From the NCBI RefSeq assembly GCF_000143415.4, contig NW_003314321.1, positions 1,126,236-1,190,235 of the forward strand: 64,000 bases of DNA, in the 5' to 3' direction. Shown here piece after piece: positions 12,881 through 25,372 of this stretch (positions within the stretch are counted from its first letter, which is position 1; every line of letters begins with the position of its first letter). Below the pieces are notes generated by a model. The model made no database searches, was not told the DNA's origin, and saw only the letters and a list, made by a program, of their open reading frames with translations. The DNA is from Selaginella moellendorffii. Taxonomy: Eukaryota > Plantae > Lycopodiophyta. Made by a program: the position numbers and the translations under genes.

Positions 12881-14006
12881 CTACCGCCGCATGAGGCGGC
12901 TCCTTTCTCGCTTTCGAAAGCGTTCCAGCATGATCTCATCCGTCGCTGCCTGCCTCCTGGTGCGACCTTCGGGTGCACCATCGGGACCACTAGTTGCTTG
13001 CGTATTGTCTTGAGAAGAAACAGCAGCGTCCTTGTCCTTGTACAGCTCGGGATGATCTGCAAAGTGCGCACATACGCGGGCATGAGCTTGTAGTGCAGCC
13101 TAGCCACGAACTGTAGTACCTCTCCGCAGCCTTTCCGCGTACTCACGACCACGTTGGAAATAATCGGCGCTGTAACTGGCAGGAATACTGGACTGGGGCC
13201 TGAAGTGGAACACACCGATAGCTACATGTGTATTTACTGGAGTAAACACGCACCTTGTTCTGCCAACCAGGGGGCGCTTATCTTGAAGCTGCTTCTTTGC
13301 TGCCTCGGTTTCCTCTATATTCCTCAGCTTGTATCTGCAAGCTGACCAGGTTGAGTTGCCCGGAGCAAAACGCAGCAACTCTTGCCATACTTACTCGAGA
13401 GGGAGCTGCACCTCCGCTATACCGGTCGTCCATTGCGTGGAGCTTTCTTCAGAGTTCCTCTTTCGCACCTACACTCGTCCAGTTACGTGCGTGTGTGTGC
13501 GTCCAAAGAAGCAAAAGCGTTACCTTGAGGTGGTCAGGAATAACGTATAAGTCGTCCTCGGCAGGCTTGTCCGCGTCCACTGTGCCTCCAGACTCTTGCC
13601 TCCCTCTCTTCTTTGCAAGCTCCTGCTCCACATATTTGAGCCTGCGTCGCGTTTAGCTACGCATGAAGACCACGGCGAGAGGGACTTACATGTTGGGGTC
13701 TTCCACATTGACAGCGGTCTCCTGGGCGAAGGTGTCCTGGAGCACAAGCTCCTCCTTCTCGCCCTCCACTTCCACCTTGTCCGAGCTCTTGACCCTGTCC
13801 AACCCCGGCGACGCAGCCACCGGATTGGCCATCACGCCACACCGCCGCCCCCGCTGCTTTTGCAGAAGCTTCACCTCCTCCAAAGCGAGCCTGTGAGGGA
13901 TGGAAATGTGAGCCAGCGCCCATGGCGAGCGATTCGATGCTTACCGGCGCTCCTCCTCGTCATCCTCCTCGTCCGACGCCACACGCTTCCGGAACGTCTT
14001 CCCCAT
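12881..14006 (-). CDS. CSU2: Hepatocellular carcinoma antigen 59 / C9orf78 / TLS1 family splicing-associated protein (CSU2-like)
   Basis: MGKTFRKR..LEEVKLLQKQR..LQDTFAQET..EDPNM..YVEQELAKKRG..DDLYVIPDHLK..YKLRNIEETEAAKK..ATDEIMLERFRKRE. Confidence 0.85.
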
Positions 14007-14097
14007 TTGCAGGTAGCCCTAGATGCGATTGAATCTTCCTTCCTCTTTGATCGATAAGGGTGGATTAGTAAGATACCTTTCTTGAAAAGAGATTTTA

Positions 14098-14129
14098 GGG
14101 CTGGCTGGGCTGGGCTGGGTAGGGCAGGG
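14098..14129 (+). repeat. Six GGG tracts (G-quadruplex consensus) in the CSU2/SUA divergent intergenic region
   Basis: GGGctggctGGGctGGGctGGGtaGGGcaGGG read directly. Confidence 0.7.
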
Positions 14130-14225
14130 CAGGCGAAGAGGAGGCGCTGGAGGTGAGAGGCGTGCTTTGTATTGATGCGATAACCTAGAGCTAGAGCACG
14201 GCGAGCTCCGCGGGTGCAGGCTAGC

Positions 14226-17200
14226 ATGGAAGCGAGTGGGCGTTTTGAGCAGCAGCAGCACTACCAGCACCACCATCACCATCATCGTCGATCGGGATGG
14301 GATAATAGCAGCGTATGCCTCCCTACAGTCTCACACTGGCTTTGTGTGTTAGTAGTGTCCCACTCCCACGGACAGTGGAAGAATGTGTCCTCGATTCCTC
14401 ATTAAACAGGAAGCAGGCTGGGACAACAACGTCCAATTTCGCAACCAAGTGCTGACTCCCCTTTTATTCTTTTGGATGCACAGGCTCACGATCAGGGCTA
14501 TGACGAGGCGAACGATCCAGAGCCTCCTGGGTATGTTTCTCATCTCTTCCTCTTCCAATGTCTCATGCTTTTCCTGGCAGAGGGAGTGAGGGGGAGTCGC
14601 GCCATCGCCGCCATTCCAGGCGCCACCACCTGGACGACTCTAGGGGGGACTACAGCTCCTACAGGAGGCAGGATAGCTGCTGGGAGCATGATAAGTTCGA
14701 CGACTCCGACTACAGGCATAGGAGCAGCAGGGACTTTGGTGACGAACGTCGGCGGTCGCACGACTATGATGATCTCGACAGGGAGAGAGGCAGGAGAAAG
14801 GACAAGGATAGAGGAGGCGGTGGAGGAGGAGGTCGACACGGTGGTAGAGATAGGACCACAGATGTCTACACGCCTGATGGATCGCGCTCCCCGTACACGT
14901 CGTGGCAAGAGGAGAGCAGGCCCGTGCAAGAGGAGCAACAGCCTTCCGTGGTAACTCTTTCGTTCTCGGACAACGTTGGTCGTTCTAACTCGTCTTCAGC
15001 AGGTGCCGACGGGAACAATTGTTGTCAAAGGCCTCTCCCAGAAGACAGTGGAAGATGATCTGTATAGGGCACTGGTATTTTGCCGCAGCAACTGGACCTT
15101 GGTTTTTGGATGCTAAACCGGTATGCTGCAGGAAAGATGGGGTCCGCTCAGGCATGTTCGTGTTATAAAAGAAAAGGTATCAGGAGTGTCGCGGGGCTTT
15201 GCTTTTGTCGATTTACCGTCTGTGGTAAGTGGTCCTTGTCTCCCCGGGTGTTTCTTTTCTTAATCAAGGACAACAACTTTGCAGGACGCTGCCGAAAAGT
15301 TGATGGCATCTATTGGGACTGACGGGATAACTGTCAATGGACGGCGGCTTTTTCTGGAATACAGGTAAGGCTGTCGTCTCTTTTCAGTCTGTACTGACCA
15401 AAGAGAATCAGTAGTAGACCATCGGGAGGGGCTTTTCCAGACTACAGATTTTCCGGTCAGGCTAGCAAGCCGTTAGTTGCCGTTCCATCTGACTGGATCT
15501 GCGCACTCTGCGGTTACCTCAACTTTGCTAGGCGTGTAGTCTGTCTGCAGGTACGTATGCGTGGCTTAGAGTTAGATGAGTGCTTACTGTCGGCTCGCTA
15601 CAGTGCAACGAAGCCCGCGGTGAAGAAGCCACTGATCTTTCAACTTCAGGGTATAGGGGACCTGAGCCAGGTGAGTTGTGCTCACCCACGCTCTCTCTTT
15701 TCTAACGCTGTGCTAAGCTGGAGCAGCTCCTTCACATGTTCTTGCCGTCCGTGGGCTTGACGACAATGTTGACGAGGAGATTTTGCACTACGAGTTTTCT
15801 AAACATGCTCCCATCAAGGTGAACTTTAGTCGTTAAGTTTTTCATCGCTTACCGCTGGGTTGCAGGATTTGCGGCTGATTCGTGACAAGTTTACGCACGT
15901 CTCTCGGGGTTATGCATTCATACACTTCCACTCGGTAAGTTGCCAAACAGTCCTGTTTGACCTGTTTCTGATGGATCAGCGGCAGGTCGAGGACGCGGTG
16001 AAAGCGCTCGAGGCCAGCAACGGCACCGCGATCGATAAGAATGGTCAGATTCTGCGGGTTGCATTTGCAAAGAGTCCCTATGGCCTGCACGGTGGGCCGC
16101 TTCTGACTGCTGCTGCATCGTGTGCCCAGCAGGTGCCTTGCTCTGTGTGTTGCGTTTCATCCGGCACTAACTTGGTCGTTGTAGTACGATGCCAGCGGCT
16201 GGGAGCCCAAGGAGTACGACGCCAGGTCAGAGTTGGAAGAGGGTGACAAGAGCTCCGGCTTTGTGTGGGATGAAGCCTCGGGCTACTATTATGATGCCGC
16301 AACCAAGTTCTACTACGACGCCAACAGGAACCTTTACTACGATGGAACTCATGGCGTCTGGTACACCTTCAACCAGGAGCTTCAGCAGTATCAAGCATAT
16401 ACTGCAGCGTCAGCTGAGGAAGCAGAGCCTCCGAAACCCGTTGAAGACGTATCTGCAAGTGAAACCAAGGATAGAGCGAGCAGCAGGAAACAGTACGCTG
16501 CCAGTGCAGTCATATCGGCCCCGGCAGTTGTGCGTAGTGATGCTGCCGCCGACAAGGTGGCGATGTCAGATGCCGCGGCGTCAAGTGCAGCCAAGGACAA
16601 GCTCAAGGAAGTCCGTCTTACGTCCAAGAACTCGGGCAAGAAGAAACTGAACAGCACGTTCAACATTTGGAAGCAGCGAATGAACGAGGCAGCCACGGAG
16701 GGCGAGGAGGCTGTCCGGAGAGAGCAAACATCCGGAGCGGACGAGAGCGAGGCCGTGTTGAGAGCTGAAGCTACTAGCGGGCCAAGGGTGGGATCCAAGC
16801 GGAGGTTTACGGAAACTACGCCTCAGTACAGGGACCGGGCGGCGGAGAGGAGAAGCCTCTACGGGCTTAGCGTGCCGGGAGATCCCCTGGAGGGAATGGC
16901 CAGTGCGGGCGGTGCGCCGGTGCAAAGCTCGGGAGGCTCGGTAGAGAGTTACGAGGCGGTCACGGTGGACAAGGCTCTGGACGAGAGCAACGTTGGCAAC
17001 AGAATGCTCCGGAGCATGGGTTGGCAAGAGGGATCGGTAAGTGTTGTGAGTAGTCTCTTGTGCTTTTGTTTCTAATGCGCCGCTCCTTGGGACAGGGGCT
17101 TGGAAAGGAAGGGACTGGGATCGTAGAGCCCGTGCAAGCACACGTTGGAACTGAACGGGCTGGTCTTGGCAGCCAAAGGAGCCGGTTTGAAGTGCAGCCT

Positions 17201-17263
17201 GGTGATTCCTACAGAGCTATCATCCAGAAGAAGTCTTTCGCTCGCTTCCACGATATGCTTTGA
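14226..17263 (+). CDS. SUA: SUPPRESSOR OF ABI3-5 (RBM5/RBM10-like splicing factor)
   Basis: RRM1 (GTIVVKGL..SRGFAFVDL), RanBP2 ZnF (DWICALCGYLNFARRVVCLQC), RRM2 (RDKFTHVSRGYAFIHF), OCRE (GFVWDEASGYYYDA), YRDRAAERR and G-patch (NVGNRMLRSMGWQEG..GLG). Confidence 0.93.
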
Positions 17264-17372
17264 GGGATCCACTTAAAGAGAGAATAACATATATGATTGA
17301 ACCGAACAGTGTTTATATATTATATACGGAAAATTGGTGCCACTTATTTGTATGAAAGGAAGCTATGGTGGC

Positions 17373-18799
17373 TCACTGCTTTGCCTGCGGCACAACAAGA
17401 ACAAAAACAAGAGATGTCATGGTTATGGTGATGTGTAGTAGTAGGCATTACCTGTGAGTAGAGGAACGTCCCAAGAATGGCGATGGCGGCTCCGACGCCA
17501 TTGATGAGTTGAACAGGCGTGCGGAAGATGATTATAGACGAGACAATGACGCTGACTCTCTTCATCGTGTTCCCAATGCTGAAGGTGAGGGGCGAGATCT
17601 CATCCAGGGACATGTATGACACCTGATTGTAGAGGTGGTAGAAGACGCTCTGGGCCACAACCCACCTGCGAGTCATTTGCAAACGGAGAGTCAGGGTCAC
17701 GCAGAGAGGAGGCAAAGCATACCAGATGAAGTGCGGCCCGACGTTGTGCACGGCGTTCTGCCACCCCGACACCCACAGCTGAGGCCCCTCCATGGCGATG
17801 GAGAAGGGCGTGAGGAGCAGCAGCGACATAATGCTGAGGCAAGCGTAGTAGTTTAGGCCTCCGACTGCCTTGCCAGCCTTCATTCCCTTCTTGGAGAAGA
17901 TGTTTCTAAACACGAACGCAACGTTGGAGATCATCGCCCCCATGAAGCCTGGAAGCCATGAAGGAGTCAGTAACAACAGTGTGTTGGAGCACGTAAGTTA
18001 CCCGTCATGTTGAAGTTGAGCTCCGTGAGTGCGGCAAGGCCGCAGCCACCTATGATGGGCACAAGCGAGAGGTACACCGAGAGGGGGAAGGTCTCTCCCA
18101 TGAAGAGACGCTGGATCACAACACTGAAGGCTGGCTCCGCGCTCTTGATGATATGAGTGAAGGAGACGGCAACCTTGGACATGCTCACCGTGGCGGCAAC
18201 GTGCCCAATGGTATGAGCCAGCGCCACCTGTTCGTGGTTTTAGCGGAAAGTCAAGAGCTCGCAGGTGGAGGACTTACCGGTAGGAGCGCCTTCCAAAAGG
18301 CGAGGTCCGTGTCGGGAGGGGCGACGAGGCCGGTGGCCCAGGACGCGAGCATGAGCGCAGAGCCAGCGGCCAGGGAGAGCGTGGAGGTGAGCCACGGGTA
18401 GGGGTAGGCATTGAGCACCTTCTTGTTGTAGATGTTGAAGACGACGTTGAGCGCCCACCACGTCACGAAGTAGATCCCGATCTTGAGCCGGTTGAGCTGG
18501 GGAGGAGCCTTGGCAGCCGGCTCGTGATCAGCATCAGCTTCGTACGCCTCGGCTCGCACGATCCGCTTGCTCCGTGCCTGCTGTGATGGCTGCTGCTCGA
18601 TCGTTCCTTCCCATCCCAGGAAGAGCTTGCTACTGCTGCTACTAGTCCTAGTTCCACCACTCACTGGAAGCGCGGCTGCGAGCGGAGGGAGCCTCAACGC
18701 AGTAGCAGCAGCGGATCTGGTGCTCCCGACGCCGCCCCACCTGGTGCTACACGGAGATCCAGCGCCGATCTTGGCGGCACAAGCTAGAGAGGCCTGCAT
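17373..18799 (-). CDS. GPT: Plastid glucose-6-phosphate/phosphate translocator, copy A
   Basis: Transit peptide, then LKIGIYFVTWWALNVVFNIYNKKVLN..GHVAATVSMSKVAVSFTHIIKS..YHLYNQVSYMSLDEISPLTFSIGNTMKR; terminal micro-exon AKQ*. Confidence 0.95.
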
Positions 18800-18865
18800 C
18801 CTCGCTAGCTAGCAAATACAAAGCCCTGATTCTCTTTGGTTTAGGGCTTTGGCCACTGCAAATGC

Positions 18866-18943
18866 GACTCCGTTGACTAAACTAAACATAAGAATCCAAA
18901 TGGCTGGGTGAAGTTGGTTGACTCCGTTGACTAAACTAGACAT
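18866..18943. repeat. 24-bp direct repeat (two copies, one mismatch) with W-box and MYB-core motifs upstream of GPT copy A
   Basis: GACTCCGTTGACTAAACTA[A/G]ACAT at 18866 and 18920. Confidence 0.8.
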
Positions 18944-19017
18944 GTCTTTGCCGGATGATAGTTACGTACTAGGACACAAACAACTGTCAGCAACAAATGG
19001 ATGTGGGAAATGGTGAT

Positions 19018-21485
19018 TTAGTCGCACTTAATGTTCCTATAGATCCTCCGAACAAACACGCTCGAGCCCAAGTAGCCCACCGCACCTGCGCATCAAACCA
19101 TCAAAGTTATCAATCCATCCGACCAAGAAAACAATCGGAGTGTATGGTACTCACCACAGAGGCTCCCCAGTCCAACGCAGAGCATCAGAGTGTAGCCGAA
19201 GTAGAAACTCGTTTGGAAAAACCCGGACATCTTGGTCTTCATGAAGTAGTAGTAAACCGAGTAGAGGTACACGTACGCGGCCGTGGATGCAGCTGAGAAG
19301 AAGGACGTCCATTGCCAGTGGTAGTTCTCCGCATTTAGCAGGAAGTACGTGCCCACGATGGTCACACAAACCGTGACAATGAGGAGGATCACAAACACGA
19401 GCAGCATGAAACCATAGACGTAGTAGACCTGCCATGCACCACGGACTCAGATCAGCAGACTGAAAAAACTGGGCTCGACCGGGTTACCTTGTAGTTCCAA
19501 AAGGACGTGAACACGAAATACATCTCTATGAAGATGCTCCCGAATGGGAGTAAGCCTCCCATAAGCGCCACGATGGATGGCTTGAGATACCATTTCTTCT
19601 CCGGTATCGGACGAGGGATGGTCTTCACCCTGCAGGGGTTATCAGGCGTCCCGTTCCAGTTTCGCCCCACAACAGTCCCAAGGAGAGCCAGGGGAAATGA
19701 AATGAATGCCCAGATGACAAAAACAACGACCTGTATAATAAAAGTTCAGGAGAGAAAAGAAAAATCATCTCTACAACGTACCATGGTACCGAAGGGAATG
19801 GCGGCCAACGAGCGATAGAAAATTGCGACAAAGTTGAGAACAAAACCGATGCCAAAGCAGATGAAAGGAAACAACGAGGCCGTTAGTAGCATGGACTTGA
19901 TCCAGTGCTTGCCTGCTCCAAAGCGTGTAAGGGATTGTCAGCACCACAGGTAGAAGCATTACCTACCATCGTTTCGCGAGTAAAACCCGCCACTGACATA
20001 ACCGGAGATGAATGACGTAAGAGCGTAGCATACAATGAAGGTTGTCACTATTGCTCCCCGCCTGCATCAACACAGGGCGAGGCGAGCGATGAGCACCTCG
20101 GCCGCAGGGTGACAGATACTTACCCAACATAAAGCATCCCGACGATGGCCAGCAAGATCACCAGAAAGACTAGCGCAGCCAGTTGAGCACCAGTACCAAC
20201 AAGCGAAGACAGCAAAACAAGATAGCGTGGCGGTCTGAAGACATCACCGTGGACAAGCTTCCATCCAGACTCTTCACTCACGTCCCTTTCCTGGAAAAGT
20301 TCTTTCAAACACTGCAATGCGCAACATAAACGTACCAGAGTCTCGAGATCATCTTCCTCGCGGGCATACTTGGCATAGTCATTTTTCAGCGTTCTCATGA
20401 GTATCATAGACACCAGGCCAGTCAGAAATATGACCATCATGAACGAGTTGAAGAGCGAAAACCAGTGAATCTGCACGAAGATACCACAAGCAGGAGTTTA
20501 AACTTGTACAAAGACAGACAACAACAAACCTGATGCTCAAAGAATGGATAGTCCAGGTAGGCATCAAATCTCTTGTGGAAACTCGTGTTTGTCTCGATCC
20601 ATTTCACGGAGTATGTAAACTCCAGGGATTTGCCAGGCGAAAGTGGCTGCAGACCATCTTGCGTAAGGTTGACTTGGATGATCTACATAGCGGTAAACAT
20701 AATCACCATCACAGAGAGAGGAAAAGAGAGTAAGCACCTGGTTTTTGTTGTACTTGATAACGAGGTGCTTGTGAGTGTAAATGGCTACATTCTGCTCCTC
20801 CGCCTTGCCGTGGTGGTACTCACCGACAAATCCTGCGGGGACTAAGAATCTACTGGACGCAAGAGAGAAATGGAGAAAGACGTACCCCACAGTGGCAAGT
20901 CGTCTGGTTGGAAAAAGGCGCCGGTTAGAGAGTTTTCAAAGAAAGGAAGAATGGCTTACCCATAAAGAACTCGAACCAGTATGTTTCCTCGATGGCCGCT
21001 CTGAATTCCATGGCTTTTCTCTGATCCAGATCCAGCTTGCATATCGTAACCTTGTCAACAGACTCTGCAACACGATGTGCGCTGTGAGTGCCTGCGCCGG
21101 CAGAGCGAAGGCATTGACTTACTCTTGAACTTGATGTCGATCTGGCTGTCGATGAGCTCGTTCCCTTCCAGCACCGCTCCCAATCCCCCCCATTTGTGTG
21201 CGGGATTCGCATTTCCGGGTTGGCAGAAGGGCAGGCTGTAGTAGTTGTAAGTCTCCTGGGGATTGTTGTAGGGGCCGACCTTGTTCACCCACAGCACAAC
21301 AGCGTCGCCAATGTCGTACTGCCCAAGCAAGCACGCACCGCCACAGCACGCGTGAGTCCCCGATCCGGCAAAGCGAGAAAGAGAAATGGGCAAGAAATCT
21401 TCACCTTGTGATCGTATTCGGAAGCTAGGGCGAGCTGCAGCAGGCACGCCAGCAGCAGCCACGCCGGCAGGGAATGCATCCTCAT
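19018..21485 (-). CDS. TMN1: Transmembrane 9 superfamily member (TMN1/TM9SF3-like)
   Basis: Signal peptide, [72 protein letters not shown] and C-terminal IYRNIKCD* (KXD/E Golgi motif). Confidence 0.95.
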
Positions 21486-21629
21486 CGCTCCCACCACTGG
21501 CAGCCCTAGACGCGGACTGCGCTCCCCCGGGCCCCTACAACTCCGATCTGGAGCTCCTTGCCCTAATCGAGAGCACTTTTATTTTTAACTCAAGATCCAT
21601 TTGCATTTTTCGGTACACGATCTAGGTAG

Positions 21630-23634
21630 TCAGTGCTGCATCCGGAAGAATGTGAGTGGCGAATTGTGGCGTAGCTTGTGGTAGCACACGAGCGTCACCG
21701 AGACGACGATGAAGGCTGTGCACAAGACTAGAATGGCCGCCACCAGCGCCGCGTTCACTTTGCTGCTCTTGCGGCCCTTGTCCTCACCACCAACGTAGTA
21801 CACCTGGGAGCGAGTACAAGGTTTTCACTCCATATCGATCGAGGGGTACACATACCTCGGCAGCGCTGCTGTTGGCTGGAAACGTGCCCGGCCTTGTCAC
21901 CGGCTGCAAGCTTGACAAGCGCCCGTTCACAATCCTTCCTTTCAACTGCAAAAAACCACAAGAGAAGCAATCAGGCAAACTCTAGTAGAGCTCCTCCATG
22001 CCTGCCAGGTGCTGCCAGCGTAGGAGACGAGCTCGTAGACTGTCGCAGACGACGTGACGAGCCTGGAGCCAGTATCGGGATCGAATTCAACGCTCCCGGT
22101 GCATCCCTTGTGCGCTCTCCCTGATCTCAGCGCCGCCAGCACACTGCTGGCGTTTACGGCTGCAATGCCTTGTGAGGATGCTTGATTCGCAGCCTCGAAC
22201 AGAGACGTGACCGCGTCGATCAAGTAAGGCACGTACGAGGTGCTCCGGTTCGATGCAAAGCCTGGATACTCTTGCTGACGCTCGCTCCAGTGCTCGTAAA
22301 ACTTCTGGCACACTAGCTCGTCCGACGGGTCACCACCTGCAAAGCGCATTCAATGAATTCATGCTTGGCAAAAGCTATGGCGCTAACTACATACCATATG
22401 GTGCAATGCCAATCTCTCCTTCCAGCCGACCACTCCCTTTGAGCAGGGATTCCCGATTAGATTCAATCCACAGTTGGTGTACGTACAGTCAGAGTATATT
22501 AGTACCTTCTTGTGTTATATCCACTGCAGTGACGCCATCGCTGCCCAAATACCACCAAGGATAAGACGCTTTGCCCTGCTCTGGCTTGTGTAATTGGCAT
22601 CGGAAACCATAATTATACAGAAACGCACCAGCTTAAGCACCAGCTCCCACATTTGCGTGGCTACGGATGGTTGGAGTGCCAAGACGAGGAAGGTGTAAGG
22701 CTCAATCGCGTTGAACATGCCGTCGATTTGCCTCGAGTTCAAGGTGGCGTTCACTCCCATCTCCAGCAGCTCCATCCTGAAGACGTTTCCGTCGCACAGA
22801 GACTGTGCATGCAAGAATATAAATTGAAATCACTCGTTACTTACGCGTATTTGTTGGGCCAGGGGCAAGCTGTATGCGTCGTTGGTGTAGACGATCGTGA
22901 CGTTTGTCGCTTGCAACTGGTTCACCTGTTTGCCACCCACCATTTATTACATGGAGTGCGTATCACCATATGCATGCATGATTGTTACCATTGCGGCGAT
23001 GGAGGAGGCTTGATGGTCGTCACTGTACCTGTAGGTGAAGATCCACGCACAATCGTGAATGGGTGTCACACTGGGTTCTGAAGTGCTTACACTGTCCTGA
23101 AAAGGTTTGGGTATAGGTCCCTGTTGGAGAGGCGAGCAGCTGTGGCCGCAAACGAGACGAGCGGGATCTGATGCTCTTGCAACACCTTGGCTGCTGCAGC
23201 GGCTGCTTGGCTGCAGGCGGGGCCGACGACCCCAAGCAGCGCGCCCGGCCCCCCTTTGCTCCGCGATTCCTCAACCAGCCGTGCCGCCGCGTTCTGGGCC
23301 GATGTCCAGTCGCACCCACACCTCTCCCAAACGCCCTCCAATCTCAGTGCGGAATCCCTGGCCTCGCTGTTGAGGACCTGCACTGCGACTTGGAACGCGG
23401 ATTGCCTATTGGTTTCAGATGGGCGGAGTGAGGAGGACTGTGATTACATCTACCTCTGTATATATCAGCTAAGTTAAAGGTGGATACCGACCATTCGAGC
23501 GAGAGAGATTCCGGAATTGCCCAGTCCGGCTCCGACGACAGGAAGCCAATGTGGAGGGTTTTCGCGCTGCTCGCTCCGGAGAAGGCTGCGGCAGCCATGG
23601 CCATGAGCAGCAAGAGGAAGGCTTGGGGCCGCAT
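21630..23634 (-). CDS. Type I membrane protein: signal peptide + ANF-receptor/LIVBP-like (periplasmic-binding type 1) domain + single TM + 15-aa tail; multi-exon
   Basis: TLHIGFL..AFQVAVQVLN..GVVGPACSQAA..LQEHQIPLVSFAATAARLSNRDLYPNLFRTV|YSDDHQA..VTIVYTNDAYS..YLIDAV..GCTGSVEFD; the last exon encodes AALVAAILVLCTAFIVVSVTLVCY then HKLRHNSPLTFFRMQH*. Confidence 0.8.
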
Positions 23635-23977
23635 TCTCTTGAAATCTTGCGATGATCGCTCGCAAGCGGGCCGGGGCATTCGAATGAAGTACTATTGTCG
23701 AGATCACCACATGATATTATATATCAATCTTTTACTCTGACACAACAGATTAAACTCGGAGACAACAGTTGCTTGCAAGCAAAGTTGGTCCAACCGGGAG
23801 ACGAAGCGAAAAAACCATGTGCAGTGGGTGTGTGTGTGTGTCGAGAGAGGGAATTCCCAAATTTCCAGATCCAGCGGCTGGTGGAGCTGCCACGTGAACG
23901 CGATTTAAAGCCACATCCATCCAGCGGATTAGGGCAAGGCTTAGGGTTTTCGCGCGGAGCAACAGAGATCCACAGCC

Positions 23978-25305
23978 ATGGTGAGCGCGACGGCTTCTTT
24001 GCTAGCAACACCAAGCTGAATATCAATGCTTTGTGATGCCGCAGTACTTCGGGGGATATGGCATCAATTTCTCGGCCTTGCCGTTTGAGCAGAATTATCG
24101 CTGCTATTCCGCCTCCTTCATCGACAAGGTAAGAGACTCTTCTCTCTCTCTCGCTCCACCCGGTTTTGCGACGTGCGCTTCTCCTTGCCAGCCTCATCTG
24201 GAGAACGGCGACAAAGTGATCATGCCTCCGTCCGCCCTGGACCGCCTGGCGTCGTTACGGATCGACTATCCCATGCTCTTTGAGGTGCACAATCCCTCCA
24301 CCTCGCGGACATCACACTGCGGAGTTCTCGAGTTCGTGGCCGACGAAGGAATCATCATCATGCCTTACTGGGTGAGTGTAGCTAGACCAGCATCGTTTTC
24401 ACCCCAAGTGGCTGACACGGCGCTTCCTAGATGATGCAAAACCTCTTGCTTCAAGAGGGCGACCTTGTGAGAGTGAAAAGCGCGACGCTCCCCAAGGGCA
24501 GCTATGTCAAGTTGCAGCCTCACACCAAGGACTTTCTTGACATTTCCAACCCCAAGGCTGTGTAAGTAAGGTGCCACCAGCCTTGTACTTACTCTGCTAA
24601 CAGCTTTCCAAATTCCGTTTCTTCTTGCTTTGCAGATTAGAAACCACGCTGAGGAATTTCTCGTGCCTCACTGTGGGTGACAACATCATGGTGGCGTACA
24701 ACAACAAGAAGTACTACATTGATATTGTGGAAGCCAAGCCTGCACCAGCAATCTCAATCATCGAAACGGACTGCGAGGTTGACTTTGCTCCGCCACTCGA
24801 CTACAAAGAGCCAGAGAGGGCGGTGCCACCACAGCAGCCGCCTGCGGCCGCCACAGGTGACAAATTTGTCCATGCCTTCACTGTCTAGACAACTAGTGTG
24901 TGTGATTCGTGCAGCAGCTGACGGAGAAGCTGAGGCGGCCGAAGAGCCCAAGTTTAACGCTTTTACGGGTGTTGGAAGGAGACTAGATGGGAAGGCACCA
25001 AAGGTGTGGGCTGTGCCTTCCACAGAAGAGGCTCCGGCTGTTTCCGCACCAAAGTCTAAGGTAGTTCCTCCTGCTCCGGATCCCGCACAAAGACCGCATG
25101 GAAAGCTTGTGTTTGGGCCAGCAACGGCAAATGCTGCTGATGCAACTCCAAAGGTAGAGACCACACTCGTTGTTGTTACATCCCTGGTGTGTAATCTATC
25201 TCTTTTTGACAGCCACCCGAGAAGCCCAGTGAGGAGAAAGAAGAAGCTCCCAAGGAAGCAAAGTTTCAAGCCTTTACTGGCAGGAAGTACTCTTTGAAAG
25301 GTTGA
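23978..25305 (+). CDS. UFD1: Ubiquitin fusion degradation protein 1
   Basis: First coding exon is the ATG only; then [73 protein letters not shown] and [13 protein letters not shown]. Confidence 0.96.
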
Positions 25306-25372
25306 GATTTTATAGACATGTAAATTGCGCCTGTGTACATAATTGACACTTTGAATAAGCATACATGTTTGA

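Noticed and set aside
23978-23980. ATG-only first coding exon of UFD1
   Set aside because: Well supported, but a common eukaryotic gene structure rather than a novelty.
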